Below are positions 61,013 through 64,000 of a stretch of DNA of 64,000 nucleotides, piece after piece. Made by a program: the position numbers and the translations under genes. Origin of the DNA: Ruditapes philippinarum (lineage: Eukaryota); the NCBI RefSeq assembly GCF_026571515.1, contig NW_026858322.1:1-64000 (forward strand). Reading direction: 5' to 3'. The notes under the pieces are model-generated. The model worked only from the letters and a program-made list of their open reading frames with translations. It was not told the DNA's origin and ran no database searches. Position 1 is the stretch's first letter; every line of letters starts with the position of its first letter.

Positions 61013-62881
61013 ATTTTCATGCATGTGAAATAATGATGTTTGTATATAGTGTATGACACTCTTTTTTTTTTTACTTTATATATACTAAATCAGTTGATTG
61101 TGAAATAAGAAATAATCCACTTGTAAGCAAATATTTTCTAAGTGTTATTTTCTAAGTATTATTATTTTAGAATTATAAATTTAAGTGACTTTAAAAGTGT
61201 AAAAAATAAAATGATCCACCATAAAATTTACTACATTGCATTTGTTGGATAAGATATCAATTTATTTCTGTGTCACGTGTATTTCATAAAGCTGTTTTAG
61301 TACATGTATATCTGATGAAAAAGTTCATGAAACAATTAAAGACAGTAAAAACCTTTGGCAGTGTCTATCCTAGGAGGGGGGATTCACTCATATTTTTGAG
61401 AATTCCCCCCCCCCTATTTTTTTAAGGCAGGGGGGAAATTTTACATAGAGAAAGAAGGAAAAAGACCAATAAATGTAATAAATTCTCACTTTTCGATAAA
61501 AATTCCCCCTCCCTCCCCTGTTTTTCGAATCCTTGAAAAGACACTGTTTATGCATGGGCGTCTCTTGAAAATTTTATTTTTAACATATACATGAATAATG
61601 TATAAATTTAACAGTATGAAATGCTGTTTTTAGTAGGTTTCACAATGATTTCACAGGCTTTAATAAAATATATTGACAAATTTATTTCATTCTCGGTATT
61701 CTATAATCATTTTAATCAGAATACAAACAAAAAATTTTACAATGCACTGACAATATAAATATATATAAATAAACACTTTTTATTTCTGCTTTTCAAATTT
61801 CGAAAATGCCCTTCATCTTGATGACGTCATTTGTTCAAGTTATGGCAGTTGCCATCAAATATGCATTTAAGCTTCAACGTTGAATTGCATTTTATGAATA
61901 GATCTATATATTGATAAATATAATATAGATAATAAATGTATAGAAACAAATTTATTTGGTGTTTTCTTTTTAACAGTTCTATAATCACTCATTGCCGATT
62001 TTTTTATTGTTTAAAAGAAATTATATTTATAGAAATATTTGATAATTTGTAATTTTTTTTAAAGTACATTTTTTGTGTGATTGTTAATGTATTAATTAGA
62101 TGTTGTTGTTGTTTGTTTTGTCTTTGTTATTTTAAGTTTGCGTATATAGTTTTTCGGTATTATATCAGCGGACGTCATTTTCATATTTTGGCAAATATAT
62201 AAGAATATAATTATGTGTGAACACCCTTTGTAAAACTCTTATTTTTGTTAAAGTTTTCATAAAGATTCCTTTATAATCTATACAGTTTGCTATTGAACCA
62301 AAAATAATAGAATGCTTACGGAAGATGTATTTCATCAAGTTTGAGGAAGTGTTTTATTGAGTTTGGCATAATAAATACTTGACTAACTTAAAGAGAAACA
62401 TTCTTCCTAAATCTTATAAAGTTTGCTATTGTACCAAATATTTAATGGTTATTGAAGAAGTATTTCATTAACTTTGGCATTGTTCAATGGTCTTACATAT
62501 ATACAGTTTATTATTGCATTCAATTGTTTTATTTTTTTACTCGTACCAAAAATACTTCAATGCTTACTCAATATGCACTTCATTGAATTTGGCAAAATAC
62601 ATACTTAGCCAATTAACAGAGAAAAACAGTTCATTAGTATCATACAATCTGTTACTGTATTCATCACTTTTTTGAATACCAGAAATATTTAAATGCTTAC
62701 TGAAAAAAATGCATTTCATTTATTAATGTTAAGGAAGAAAGAGGACTTATTATTGCCTTTGCACTAATGCTCACCATTTGTATATATGGGATGTGTATTT
62801 GACTTTTTTTCATCATTTCTTGCTATAAACATTTGTACAATGTTTAATGCTGAATACAATCTATTGTTATTGTCATTATTT

Positions 62882-63135
62882 ATCTCGAAATTTCGAGTTA
62901 CTTATCTCGAAATTTCGACTTACTTACTTGAAATTTCGACTTCCGTAACTCGAAATTTCCACTAATTTACTCGAAATTTCGACTTCCGTAAGTCGAAATT
63001 TCCACTAATTTACTCGAAATGTCGACTTACCAACCCGAAATTTCGACCTAGTTACTCGAAATTTCGACTTACTTACTCGAAATTTTGACTTAGTAACTCG
63101 AAATTTCGATTTATTAATTCAAAATTTCGACTTAT
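62882..63135. repeat. ~21-22-bp tandem repeat with palindromic core TCGAAATTTCGA (about 12 copies)
   Basis: Direct reading of the sequence. Confidence 0.85.
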
Positions 63136-63251
63136 TTTTCATTATATGGTAGATATATAGGCCATATTATGTTACAATGGCAGTAAGTACTTAACAAATG
63201 ATTAATCTGAACCAGTTAATATAATATAGGCAAGAGTTCAGATGTATGATA

Positions 63252-63450
63252 ATTATGTCCCCCACCGCACCCCACTGTTTGGGACGATTGATTTTGCCCT
63301 GTACGTCCGTCCGTTCGTCACTCTTCATTTCCTGGAAAACCAAATGACCAAATGACCTAGAACCTTCAAACTCTATAGGGTGGCAGGGCTTATGGAGTAG
63401 ACGACCCCTATTATTTTAGAGGTCACTCCATCAAAGGTCAATGTCACTGG
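63252..63450 (-). mobile_element. Degenerate HINE-like element end
   Basis: TTATGTCCCC..GGGAC hairpin remnant, (GTCC)n tract, AGGTCA/TGACCT motifs. Confidence 0.45.
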
Positions 63451-64000
63451 GGTATGAACATGAAAGACGCATTTTTTGTAATTCTATTCAAAGTTTTCAT
63501 GCTTATTATAGTCCTTTGTTGAGATGCAAGGCATTTCAGTATTTCATTACTGCTAAAACCGAGATTGATATAGCTTTTCTCCATCGTACAATTGCACTCC
63601 GTACTTTATCTTATATTATCTATACTCTTAGTAACTCATAACTTTTTTGTGGCCATTCTAGTAATCACGGATCTTAATATAAATCCGTGATATATATTAA
63701 TGAAATATCTAGATATTTCTGTGAACTGCCAACCCTTCTCGCGAGTGTTAGAGTAAATAAATATTGTGAGAGAAAGTAAAAACCTGAAAATGATCATTAT
63801 CAGGACAATGAGACATTTTGAAAACTCCAGGTCATTTTTAAAATGTTTTTATTAGTATAAGAGTGAAGAAAGGAATAAAAGTAAAAGCACAACATGTCAC
63901 CTTACAGTTATCTTAACCTCGACCTGTTTGAATTGGTCTAGATTATGCAGGGTGACAATGTGTTCAAATGTGTGATACTTATTGTAGTTTGATGTGACTT

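Overview
AT-rich, intron-rich animal genomic DNA. The repeat families suggest a bivalve mollusc (inference). Six spliced protein-coding genes were reconstructed by hand from GT-AG junctions: HINT1 (-, first two coding exons; the rest lies left of the window), a Rab5-clade GTPase (RabX1/Rab22/31-like, +, 7 exons, 217 aa), RPS27 (-, 4 exons, 84 aa), GTP-dependent PEPCK (+, 8 exons, several candidate first exons), a small secreted cysteine-rich WAP-like/antistasin-like protein (+, 147 aa) and PSMB4 (-, 8 exons, 254 aa). Introns and intergenic DNA carry many minisatellites, Helentron/HINE-like satellite-bearing elements, hAT- and Kolobok-like MITEs, SINEs and a LINE 3' end. The most striking feature is that, in both neighbouring head-to-head genes, an intronic tandem array is built from copies of the gene's own 3' splice site plus the first bases of the following exon. 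There are about 68 copies of 42 bp in Rab intron 5 and about 17 copies of 39 bp in HINT1 intron 1. Only the last copy is the real acceptor, and the copies next to it are disabled. Most long ORFs in the supplied track are artefacts of these repeats.
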